From Takakia lepidozioides (taxonomy: Eukaryota > Plantae > Bryophyta), in the NCBI GenBank assembly GCA_030704615.1, contig CM060731.1, positions 70,618,001 to 70,681,675 on the forward strand: a DNA stretch of 63,675 nucleotides. Reading direction: 5' to 3'. A program made the position numbers and the translations under genes. Shown here in pieces: positions 25,801-36,585 of this stretch. How positions within the stretch are numbered: the stretch's first letter is position 1; every line of letters begins with the position of its first letter. The notes under the pieces are model-generated. The model worked only from the letters and a program-made list of their open reading frames with translations, was not told the DNA's origin and did no database searches.

Positions 25801-26202
25801 TGTGGAAGCATAAAATCAGAGAACTCGTGAAATAAAAAATGGCAACAGACATGCAATGAAATGTTAAAAGGACTGAGGATGGTGCACACATAATACTGGA
25901 CAGAAATGTGTTGGATCTGGGTGATTTTCGCGTGCCGGGTTTCACTTTAGAATAGACATTCACCCAGGGGTAGTCCTCCAAACTCTCCTCTCCCAAGACA
26001 AAGTCACCAACTCTATCCCAAGGTATGCAGGCCTTTCAACACACACTCGCACACCCATAAACCCATGTTGCGTCTCACTCTTCCAATGGAGATACTTCAT
26101 GTTGAAGGGTCCTAGTTTTGGTGTTTGCAAACATCGTCGAAGAGGCCGTATAAGCGGGCTTTCCGTGATCAGTATATCATCGGGTTTTGCTTCCACGTCC
26201 AT
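22876..26202 (-). pseudogene. MULE-type DDE transposase with SWIM zinc finger (At4g13970/At1g60560-like family), disrupted
   Basis: Motifs: ACIPWDRVGDFVLGEE; YQCYYGPDD; GCQCCF...EHTD.QG..SHG...APHISEEL; TRDDFLLEQDVRN; IGIQTPWQ...ATFGTN (first catalytic Asp region frameshifted); FPLYTLMVFD...GIPVAY; AFIVDNA; SQDTNASIEAYH..LK; RRVDWL; SWIM CTCPWAMKGSLCKH. Introns and frameshifts present. Confidence 0.85.
24200..24435. repeat. 11-12-bp tandem array GCGGACT(T)GCCA in a transposase intron
   Basis: About 18 degenerate GGACT-containing units in direct tandem. Confidence 0.8.
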
Positions 26203-26351
26203 GCCCTAAAACAATACAAATGACACGCTTCTGAATCTGCAAGAAACGCGCTGCAGTACCCAGGACACGATCGACAACGTGTCAGGAGATCAGTGTGCAC
26301 ATTCGCGGTTGCTGGCAAGTGGCAGACAGCAGGGATAAAGGTTTCAATTGT

Positions 26352-26682
26352 AGCCCTAAAAATGGAGGGTTCGGATGGGTTATGGGAACGGATGGTGGAG
26401 ATCCTCCGTCGTCAACGGACTGGATGGCAGGGGGCTGGCCAGCGGACTGGGAGACTGGGAGACTGCTGGGCAGCGGAGTGACAGACTGGAGGGCAGCGGA
26501 CTCATGGGCGGGGGACTGGCCGCGCGGCGGACGGGGGCGCTGCTGGTGGGGCGCAGTTGCTGCAGCCACACCGGCGGCAAGACGACCGCGCGCAGCAGCG
26601 GGCGGGGGGCCGGGCGCTCGTGCGCGGGGCCCACCAGCCACCTCGCACGTGCCCGTTGAAGACGCTATTATCTTAAAATGAG
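26352..26682 (-). repeat. Right TIR of the MULE-like element
   Basis: Reverse complement of 12738-13057. Confidence 0.9.
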
Positions 26683-27139
26683 AGGCCATTCCACACCCTC
26701 ACTAAACATCTCATCGTCAATGAGTCAATTTTTGGGAAAAAAAAACAAAAAACAAAAAGTTGCCTAATTTGAAAAGATTACACATCCAAGATGCCTAATT
26801 CAAATATTTTTTCTCAAAAGTGCCTAACTGCCAAATGGCTCCAAAAATAATTAGGCAGGCAAGTGCCTAACCGGCTATCCCACTAGAGTACCTAGAATCT
26901 CACACACGAAAACGTTTTCCATCAGGGATCAGTCTACCGCTTCAAACAAAGATGCCTTATCCGGATAATTAGTATGGAGTATTGTCAATGCTTAGAGGGA
27001 GCTATACAGGTTTCTGTGACATATAATCATATTATCCCTTTCCAATTTTAGCAGCTGTGTCTAGTATTTAAGCAGATCGCAGTGCATTGTTGTGGCAGAC
27101 TGACTCCCGGAAGAGGTGTAGGGATTTGAGAGCGTCAAT

Positions 27140-28724
27140 ATGGCTACTGATTATGGGCTTGGGGCTGGACTACTGCGTCTCCACCAAGAGTCGATCACAG
27201 GGAAGAAAGATGGTGTAATGTCAGCAAGGAGTGTTCTGAAGGAGCGGGTTATATTCCTCTTCTCACTTCTGCTGGTAATCAAGGTTGTCTGGGATCGCTA
27301 CACATCCAAGCTACCCCCGGGACCAAAGTCATGGCCAGTTCTGGGCAACCTCCCTCTGTTGTTTGCGAAGGCCCGGAAAGGTGAGCAGCTCCACAATATT
27401 CTACGCGAATTTGGCAAAACATACGGCCCTGTAATGACAGTGTGGGAATGTTGCCTACAATTGTCATCACAGATGCGGAAGTCGCCCATGAAGCTCTCAT
27501 TGTACAAGGCACAAACTTTGCTACACGGTCGTGCGCGCCGTCTCGAAATATCCTGACCTCTGGGTACAGCACCTTGTGGTCTGCAACCTATGGCCCATAT
27601 TGGCGTGCAATGCGGAGACTGCTGGTAGCAAATGTACTGAACTCGTCCAAAGTGTCGTCATGGAGACCGGAGCGGGAGGAGGTCGTTGACGACTTGTTGC
27701 AGAGACTTACAGCGCAAGCGGCAGACAATGCGGGTGTAGTGCCTCTAGTTTCGAACTTTCGCTTGAGTATGTTGAAACTTCTGATTCACATGGTGTTCGG
27801 AAACAACTCAAGAGATTATTTTGATGAATCCACCACCAAAGAATTGGAAAAGGCTATTCGTAAGTTGCTGGCGATAAGCCACCCGAAGCTCATGGATTTC
27901 TTCCCTCTTGTGCAGTATCTACCAAGCAGCCATAATCGAGAATCGCTAGCTATCCGGAATGAAATCGTACGGTTGTTGGGTCCGGTGGTTGGCGAAGGAC
28001 TGGGGAACCGGTGCTTGGCACATACCTAGACACACTACTTGCTATGAAAGCTGATGGAGAATACGAGATGTCAAGAACTACCATCGTGATGCTTTGCGCA
28101 GAGGCTTTCACTGGAGGCCTTGACAGCACAGCGAATGTCCTTGAGTGGGGGCTTGCCCATATGATGGACAACCCCGATATTCAGCAAAAACTGTACAGAG
28201 AGATCGAGATGGTTGTTGGCTCAAGGCCAGTGACTGATGCCGACATAGACAACTTGCCATATCTGAAGGCAGTGATAAATGAGACGCTAAGAAGACGGCC
28301 GCCTGCGCCGCTTGGTTTTCATCATGGCGTGACACAGGCATGCAAACTTGCAGGCTATGACATTCCTTCAAATGCCATAGTTTTCTTTCACTTGCAGGCT
28401 ATCTCTAGCAATCCTGAAATGTGGAGTAATCCTTCTGAGTTCAAACCAGAGCGGTTCCTTGATGCAGCCGTGGATATGACAGGTTCCAGAAAAATCACAA
28501 CAATTCCTTTTGGAGCGGGCCGTCGAATTTGTCCTGGGATGGGGGTAGGCTTGCTTCATACCCAACTTTTTCTTGCTAGTCTGGTGCAAGCATTTCAATG
28601 GAGCACACCGAATGGGGAAGCTGTGGACATGACAGAGAATTTGGAGTTTACAGTAAACATGAAGAACACGCTGTACGCTTCCATCAAAGAGCGGCGCAAA
28701 CCTGGCCTACCTTGCAATCTTTGA
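27140..28724 (+). pseudogene. Intronless cytochrome P450 (CYP71 clan, CYP77/CYP89-like) with two frameshifts
   Basis: PPGPKSWPVLGNL, YGPYWRAMRR, I-helix AFTGGLDSTA, ETLR, FKPERF and heme motif PFGAGRRICPG are split across three ORFs (27140-27556, 27442-28029, 28011-28724). Frameshifts near 27445 and 27995. Confidence 0.88.
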
Positions 28725-28781
28725 TGGGAGAGGTGTTTCTGAAGCTCTGCATAGTTCCTGATCAGGGGTGGCATGTACGTC

Positions 28782-30038
28782 AGAAGCACGTACAATATAT
28801 AGAGCTCAGGCTTGTAGACAATACGAGGCCAGGCATAAACCAGTGTTAGACCGGTATACGTGGTCAGACCTGGGTATGTAGGAAAGGTATGAATAATGGC
28901 ATACCCGACTGTGCCGCTCAAGTGGCAACCTCCTCAGGTGTCAAACTTGAGCCGCTGAAGTGGGAAACTGGTAATTGGTGAGAAAACTCAAAGTACTGGT
29001 TAGCTCATATATGTCTTTCAATGTTGTTTCATGAACCTTTCAGTGTACTATTTCTAGCTTTATGACATATCTCAATATGTATGAAGAGCTTGTGTAATGA
29101 CATTTCTGATTTGGTATGAAGAGCAGTAGAAGTATCATACCAATGTTCATATATCCCTAGTATGGATACTAAAAAATTCAAAACCAATACCATACTCATC
29201 TACAGTACATTTTACATGTCCTCTTACCCTATTGATACCCCTGATACACTACTAGGTGATACCTGCAACCATACCTTTACCAGGGATGGGATCCTCCATA
29301 CCAGAACCAGTCTGGTATTTAAAAATACATAACCCGGTCCAACACTGGGCATAAACCCAGTATCTACTCCGTTCAAGAGTTCAGATAATTAGCACTCACT
29401 ACTTTTGCAGTCATGGAAAGGAAGATATCAGGCAGCTCCTAATATCGGCAACAACCAGAATGATGGAGGCTATCTGATCCTTGTGAACAATTCACAAGAC
29501 CCTTGGCGCTTTCCTCTAGAATGGTTGCTCGTGCAAATTATGAGCAGACACAGGTATGCACTTTGTATAACTCAGTAATCCTCCCAAACAATCTAGTTTC
29601 ATATTATAAAGCTCTGCACTCAGAATCGTACAGTTGGACCAAGCTCCATGTGTCAGATGATGCAGGCAGATTAGCATCACAGTATTGAAGACTTTCTCGT
29701 AGATGATCAAGCTTGTTCCACACACAACACATCTGCATACCAGAGCTGGACCTCAGCTGGAGTGGGCTATACATATCTCTTCATAGACGATTGTATAATA
29801 AAATTCTAAATATCTTTTCTCCTTGGGCTATAGCATGTATCTCTCGCTCCGTGGCCACTCCAAGGGGGTTTTCCTTAAGCCATCCATCCTCATCATACAA
29901 AGTCAAATCAGGCAAACGCAGGAGTCATTGTCATTTGTTCGTCGAAATGGTGTCATATCCACATCCACTTCCTCCACATCTCACTGAAGGAATATCTGCA
30001 ATATCACCAGAATTATGCAAGTATTCCAGTCAGCACCT
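28782..30038 (-). pseudogene. Duplicated 3' end (last exon and 3' UTR) of the TrmB gene
   Basis: Direct-repeat match to 36133-36836 (for example GWLKENPLGVATEREIHAIAQGEK). A Ser codon TCA has become TGA and there are indels. Carries a MITE absent from the functional copy. Confidence 0.9.
28841..29347. mobile_element. 507-bp hAT-type MITE (CAGTGTT...AACACTG)
   Basis: TIRs CAGTGTTAGACCGG / CCGGTCCAACACTG flanked by the GGCATAAAC duplication. The empty site is present at about 36176-36195. Confidence 0.88.
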
Positions 30039-30300
30039 TGTGAAGCCATATTCCGGTTCCAGGGGTTTATTCCCCTTTCCTCGGACCGGGATGACTTGAA
30101 TCAAGGGTATGTAGTCGGCAAGGCTTGATGGTAGAGAGGACGGAATCTACCGTAGAGGACTTAATGACTTCAATCATCCAACACTCATCACATTCCCTTC
30201 ATCCACACATTGATGTACACCAAACGTACACTCTTAGATCGTAAAACACTGTCAATTTTTTTTCTTTGTAATTCAAGGGACCTCCCTGGCCGCAAGGTTC

Positions 30301-30430
30301 CCCGATTTACGGGAAGTACCTTCCGCTTTTGGAAGGGTCCCCCAATTTGCGGGAAGTACCTTCCGCTTTTGGAAGGGTCCCCCAATTTGCGGGAAGTACC
30401 TTCCGCGTGTGAAAGGGTCCCCCGATTTGC
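30301..30430. repeat. 40-bp tandem repeat, 3 copies, with internal palindromes
   Basis: GGGAAGTACCTTCCGC recurs at 30311, 30351 and 30391 with no unique spacers. Confidence 0.9.
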
Positions 30431-30471
30431 CGGGCAAGGAGTGGGAAAGAAAAATTTCCCAGTTTTTCACG

Positions 30472-30590
30472 TTGGGGAAGGGTCGTTCCCACGGCCCTTC
30501 CTGAATATTCGAGCACCCAGAACTCGGGCTCCACCCTCGTTGCCGGTGCTCTCAAATTCAGGAAGGGCCTTGGGAACAACCCTTCCCTAA
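30472..30590. repeat. 119-nt inverted repeat (about 46-bp stem, 27-nt loop)
   Basis: TTGGGGAAGGGTCGTTCCCACGGCCCTTCCTGAATATTCGAGCACC pairs with GGTGCTCTCAAATTCAGGAAGGGCCTTGGGAACAACCCTTCCCTAA. Confidence 0.9.
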
Positions 30591-31099
30591 TACAAAATTC
30601 ACCACCACCCAAGGCTCAAGTGCCCCATTTAAATATGATACCAACCCTGCATAGCTTTATAAAAAGACCCAAGTGGGGTGACTGTACAAATGGGTGTAAC
30701 TGTCCCCAAGAGGAAACAACCAAAGCTCGTAGAGCTAGATATATTAACACAAAGAAAGAAGCCTAAAAGCCAATCAGTAGGGCCACGTGCTCAGATGATC
30801 AGAGGCTGCTTATATTACAAACGATGTCCTTCTCACTTAGACAACACTAGGATAAAAGTAGCTGTTATAATAAAACAAAAGTGTAAAAGCAAGCTACAGC
30901 TCAACAAAGTTCCAAGTAGCCTCACAAGAAGTCCCAATTCTGTATTTAATAATTAAGGAAAAGATACAGTCGTTGGATTAATCCATGTTTCATTCATGTT
31001 AAACCATCTAAAGTTGACAGTGTCACACATTAGGGTGCTCAATTTCCTATTTTTCTATTTCATTTTATTCTTATTTTTGTGTTTTTATTTATTGGTATA

Positions 31100-33050
31100 G
31101 TCAATAGTGGATTTTCGACTATCTGGCTCACCAGCCCAGCAAAAGCCTACCAGAATAGAAGCATTTTTTCCTTGTGAAGAATATTGAAGACCACTTGCCC
31201 GTGTACTTTTAGGTATCTAAAGATACGTTTGACTGCCTGCCAATGTACTGGTCCCGGATTTGCGGAATGCTAAGGCATTGCCCCACTGCAAATGCTAAAT
31301 CTGGACGAGTTCAAACCATGGCATAGGTCAAAGAACCAATGGCTTGTTGATCCACTTTTTCGGGTGTGTGAGGTGAAACATCGTGATCTCAAAGGCAGTT
31401 TGTAATTCAATCTTGGTGCGAAGCAGAAGTGAAACATTGTCACAAACTAAGATTGCATCATCCACATATAACGCAAAGGATAAGAAACGAGCCACAATGC
31501 CCACGAACATAATTGCAATGTGCGCCTGTGCGGTGAAAGCCCACTTGGAGAAGGTAAGAGTCAATCCTCTCGTACCATGCGTGCAGAGCTTGTTTAAGAC
31601 CATATAGACTTCCAAGGAGGCAACATACTTGGTGTTCATGGCCTGCCTTCACAAAGCCTTCAGGTTGACGCATGTAGATCTACTCTTTGAGGTGGCCCTG
31701 CAAGAATGTCGTTTCGACATCCATTTGGTTAACCTCCCAATTGTGAATTGCTGCAGTGCCAAAAGAACACGAATGGATGTGATCTTGACCACAGGAGAAA
31801 AGGTATCGATGTAGTCAAGACCTGCAACTTGAGAGTACCCTTTGGCGACAAGTCAAGCTTTATAGCGCTCAACCGTCCCATCAGGATTCAACTTGAGTTT
31901 TAAAACTCACTTGCAGTTCACTGGCTTACGGCCCGCTGGAAAATCAGCTAACGCCCAAGTATTGTTCTTCATTGAGGACTGAAACTGAGAGTCAATGCGC
32001 ATCAAGCCTTGTCAATGCTGCATGGTAAGATTAGGGTTCGGTCGTAAGACAAGACTTAGATGGACGCTCATGAAAATGAAGATATTTGGGATTAGGTTTG
32101 ACTAGACGACAAGACCTGGTAACTTGTGGTTGGGCAAATGTAAAACCAGAGAGTGCAGGGAAAGAGGGATCAATGGTAGACGGAAGTTCATGTGGGATAA
32201 AGGGCTGAAGCTCAAATATGTAGTGTGTCATCAGAGAATAAAAGGTTATTATATGACATACGACGCTCTGAGGATCTGTAGGAGAGGTAGATCCAGCAAG
32301 AGAGGTGGTGGAACTAGTCACATCAGTGAGTGGTGGAGTATGTGGTAAAGCCATAGGGTCAATAGGTGGGGCAGGGGGTGGAGGTGGAGGTGGAATGTTC
32401 AGATTTAGCTTTTAGAAGTACAATAAAACAGCTGCAGTCATCGATGAAGGTAAGAAAGTATCTTGGCTCCTCCACGAGAGATGGTCTGCATCGGGCCACA
32501 TACATCGGAATGGACAAGGGCCAAAAGTTCTGTTGTTCTGGTGCCCTCCAAGTTTGGTAATTTTTGTCTTCATCACGACTGATAACTATTTGTTGAGTTT
32601 GAATATCAAGTAGTCTGTAGCCTTAACATGAGTGTGATAGCCACAAATCTGCACCTACAGCTTTTAGCATCCACTTTCTTCCTTTTCTCCTTGGGAATAT
32701 GAGCATAGACAAGGCAACCAAAAATGAGCAAATGCGTAAAATTTGGTGTTCTGCCTGTCCATACCTCTTCAGGAGTCCTATTGGCTAGCCTTTGTAATCA
32801 GTTTATTATGTAAATAATTGGCTCTAGTGATAGCCTCACCCTAAATACTATCGGGCGTATTTGCCGCTTTCAGCATACTCTTAGCGGACTCCACTAGAGT
32901 TCTAATTCTACGCTCAGCTACCCAATTTTGTTGAGGTGTATAAGTAACTATAAGCTGATGTTAAATCCCATGTTGAGTACAATATAATTGAAATGCTTTA
33001 GAAACAAACTCGGAGCCATTGTCACTCTGCTGGAGCTTCACGTAGTTGAT
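31100..33050 (-). mobile_element. Ty1/Copia pol remnant (integrase to reverse transcriptase)
   Basis: QSDNGSEF...[37 protein letters not shown]. Many stops and frameshifts. Confidence 0.9.
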
Positions 33051-33249
33051 AGACTGACACGAGGACTGACAACATATTAGGGCACCCATTAAAATTATGT
33101 GAAGGCTGTCTCTTTGGCTTCTCTACCAACCGATGGACACCTTTAGCGGGAGTCAGCTTCTCCTCTACTAGATCCTGAGCAGGCTACCATAACAGTAGGG
33201 GATCTTACGAGACCTTTATATCCTCTCTCACTTGTTGTTCCACGTGTAC

Positions 33250-35640
33250 CAACACTTCCTCCACCTCCACCCCTTGCACCACCTATTGTGCATGTGGCTT
33301 TACCACATACTCCACCACTCATTCATGGGGGACTTATTCATCATTTGCTCTGCTATTATTAATTAATATATCTATGGTTTGTGTTTACGTTTTATTTGGG
33401 GCCTGCATGTGCAGAGCCCCCTAGGTATTAGTAAGTAATAACTGAAAAAATAGTAAGACGCAAGGGAAGAGAGCCCTGCTCTCTTTATATACCCTCCCAG
33501 GACGGTGGGACCTTCTAGAAGCCCCCCTCGAGCGGTGGGACCCTTCTAGAAGGTTGCCCTAGGACACATATCACCCCTAGGTGACACTTGCTTCCCCCAT
33601 GGGCGCATGAACCATCCCCTATTTAACAGGTCTCACTTTCCTATCTTTTTCTTTTAACCCCCCTACATGGCAATTATTAATTCAACTCTTGCTGTAGCAT
33701 ACTGTAACCCCCATTTTTAATTCCTAGACCACCCTCTAATCTTCACACCAACTTCGAACCTGGGCCCTTATTGATGTGACTAGTTCCACCACCTCTCATG
33801 TTGGATCTACCTCTCCTACAGAGCCTCCATTAGAGTGTCATATGTCATATAATAACCCTTTATTCTCTGATGATACACTACCTATTGTTGAGCTTCAGCC
33901 CTTTATCCCATATGAACTTCCGTCTACCACTGGTCCCTCTTTCCCTGCACTCTCCCATTTCACATTTGGTACCCAACCACAAGTTATCAGGTCTGATCGT
34001 CGAGTCAAACGGTAATCCCAAATATCTTCATTTTCAGGAGCGTCCATCTAAGTCTAGTCTTATGACCGAACCCCCATCTTACCATGAAGCTCTCACAAGG
34101 CCTGATACTCAACATTTGGCATGTTGCCATTGACTCAAAGTTTCAGTCCTTAATGAAGAACAAATATACTTGGGCGTTAGCTGATCTTCAAGCGGGCCGT
34201 AAGCCGGTGAACTGCAAGCAGGTTTTTAGACTCAAGTTGAATCTTCATGGGACGGCTTGTCGCCAAAGGGTACTCTCAAGTTGCAGGTCTTGACTACACT
34301 GATACCTTTTCTCTTGTGTCAAGATCACATCCATTCATGTTCTTTTGGCACTGGCAGCAATTCACAATTGGGAGGTTGACCAAATGGATGTCAGAACGAC
34401 ATTCTTATGTGGCCACCTCAAAAGAGGAGATCTACATGTGTCAACCTGAAGGCTTTGTAAAGGCAGGCCATGAACACCAAATCTGTCGCCTCCTTGGAAG
34501 TCTATATGGTCTTAAACAAGCTCACAAGCACGAGAGGATTGACTCTTACCTTCTCCAAGTGGGCTTTCACCGCACATACCCAGATTGCAATGTCTATGTT
34601 CGTGGGCATTGTGGCTCATTTCTCATCCTTGCGTTATATGTGGATGATGCAATCGTAGTTTGCGACAACACCTAAAGAAGTGGAAGCTATACCTTATCAA
34701 CAAGCCGTTGGTTCTTTGACCTATGCCATGGTCTATACTCGTCCAGATTTAGCGTTTGTAGTGGGGGAGTGTCTCAGCAATCCGCATCCTTGACCAGTAC
34801 ATTGGCACGCAGTCAAACGTATCTTTAGATACCTGAAAGGTACACCGGCAAGTGGTCTTCAATATTCTTCACAAGGAAAAAATGCTTCTACTCTGGTAGG
34901 CGTTTGTTGCCGACTAGGCTGGTGAGCCAGACAGTCGAAAATCCACTACTGGCTACACTTATTTGCTTGGAGGTGGGGCTGTTAGTTGGAGTAGTAAACA
35001 CCAACCTACTATAGCCTTGTCTAGTAAACAGACAGAGTATAAAGCAACAACAGAAGCTGCAAAAGATGTTGTACGGATTAGACAACTACTACATGATGTT
35101 GGACAAGTTCAATCAACAGCAACAGGTCTCAAATGCGACAATCGGAGTTGTATTGCTCTTTCATATGATCACAAATTCCATGCAAGAACAAAACATCGAG
35201 ATACAATATCACAATATATGTGAGGTGATCACACGAGGAATGGTGAAGTTGCAGGAATACTGCTGATGAGAACGTTGCAGACATATTTACTAAATCTCTT
35301 ACCAAGATGAAGCATGAGTATTGTGCTCATCTTCTTGGTCTCATTGCTACTTGATCTCTAGAGTTGAAGCAGCTCTATATTGGTTTTCTTTACAACTTAT
35401 CAACCAAGACTTGTTTTTGTTCAAGACTAGCCACCTTGTGCAAAGTGCAAGCTTTAGGTTACATAGTAGAAACCTAGAGGGTAGCATTGAGCTCTAGAAC
35501 ATGACTCACTATCTAAGTGGGAGTGTTGAAGGGTTTGTACATTAGTAAGTCAAGTAGTAAAGGTACATTCAGAGACTTTAATACAACGCTTGTATTCTGT
35601 CTCAACTCTCTCTCTCTTGTATGCTTATACTGAGTCTATA
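33250..35640 (+). mobile_element. Ty1/Copia remnant (RT, RNase H, PPT, start of 3' LTR), same family as 31100-33050, with an insertion at about 33325-33768
   Basis: [60 protein letters not shown]. Purine tract AAGTGGGAG followed by TGTTGAA at 35524. Confidence 0.9.
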
Positions 35641-36585
35641 GAATGATTAAATTCTTACACGGCCTTAACTTGAACGATTCAAAGTGGTTAAGACTCTTAC
35701 AACCTCTAAAATAGCATCGATTGATCCACTGTGCGTATGTGGTTACAATGCAGAGCACAGGGATTCGAATTGCACGCTTGCTCGCATGAAAACAGGGAGT
35801 TTGGAGAGCTGCACTCTTCAATGCGGAGAGAGACGAAATCGCATCTGACCATGTGCCAGCCGCCCACACACGGGCAGCTGCCCGCTACAATAATGAAAAT
35901 TAACTTACATATGTATTTGATATAAAAAACCGTATACATATATACGAGAAAGTAGGCCTGAACCCTAGGGTTATGAATCTTTTGGAGCCTATCGTAGGCT
36001 AAAACGATCCCTAGGCCTAAGACAAAATCTTGACCCCAGGATACGGAATATTATAAGAATCTACCACCAGGACACGGGAATCTTTCCTGGGGTCCGGGCC
36101 CCCTTCATGCTTGGCCTTTATGCTTTTCCCTACAGAAGCACGTAAATAGAGCTCAGGATTGTAGACAATATGAGCCCAGGCATAAACCCAGTACCTACTC
36201 CGTTCAAGAGTTCAGATAGTTAGCACTCACTACTTTCGCAGTCATTCGAAGCATGGAAAGTAATCTGTCAGGCAGCTTCTAATGTCGGCACTAACCAGAA
36301 TGATTGAGTCTATCTTCACAAGACTCTTGCTCTTTCGTCTAGAAGGGTTGCAGGTATGAATGAGCACTTTGTAGAACTCAGTAATCCTCCCGAACAATCT
36401 TGTTTGACATTATAGAGCTCTGCAATCAGAATCTCACAGTTGGACCAAGCTCCATGTGTCAGTCGATGCAGGCAGATTAGCATCACAGTATTCAAGACTT
36501 TTTCTTAGATGATCAAGCTTGTTCCACACACACACATCTACATACCAGAGCTGGACCTCAGCTGGGCTAGGCTATACATATCTCT

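Larger units (their letters stand above)
12738..26682. mobile_element. 13.9-kb Mutator-like (MULE) DNA transposon with long TIRs, carrying a SWIM transposase and a Ulp1-protease gene
   Basis: Termini CTCATTTTAAGATAATAGCGTCTTCAA... and ...TTGAAGACGCTATTATCTTAAAATGAG. Inverted similarity extends about 320 bp. Contains convergent transposase (-) and Ulp1 (+) genes. No TSD visible. Confidence 0.88.
11570..26885. mobile_element. hAT-like MITE (TAGTGGGATAGCCGGTTAGGCA TIR) split by later insertions
   Basis: TAGTGGGATAGCTGGTTAGGCA at 11570 and its reverse complement TGCCTAACCGGCTATCCCACTA ending at 26885. TGCCTA subterminal repeats occur at both ends. Flanks rejoin to match the empty paralogous site at about 11275-11335. 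TSD is degenerate. Confidence 0.65.

Noticed and set aside
30301-30430. CRISPR-like palindromic repeats
   Set aside because: Head-to-tail 40-mers with no unique spacers, no cas genes, and a eukaryotic context.
35750-35880. tRNA-like A and B boxes on the minus strand (also a weak A-box at about 59845)
   Set aside because: Box spacing is too long, or the B-box is absent, and there is no cloverleaf.
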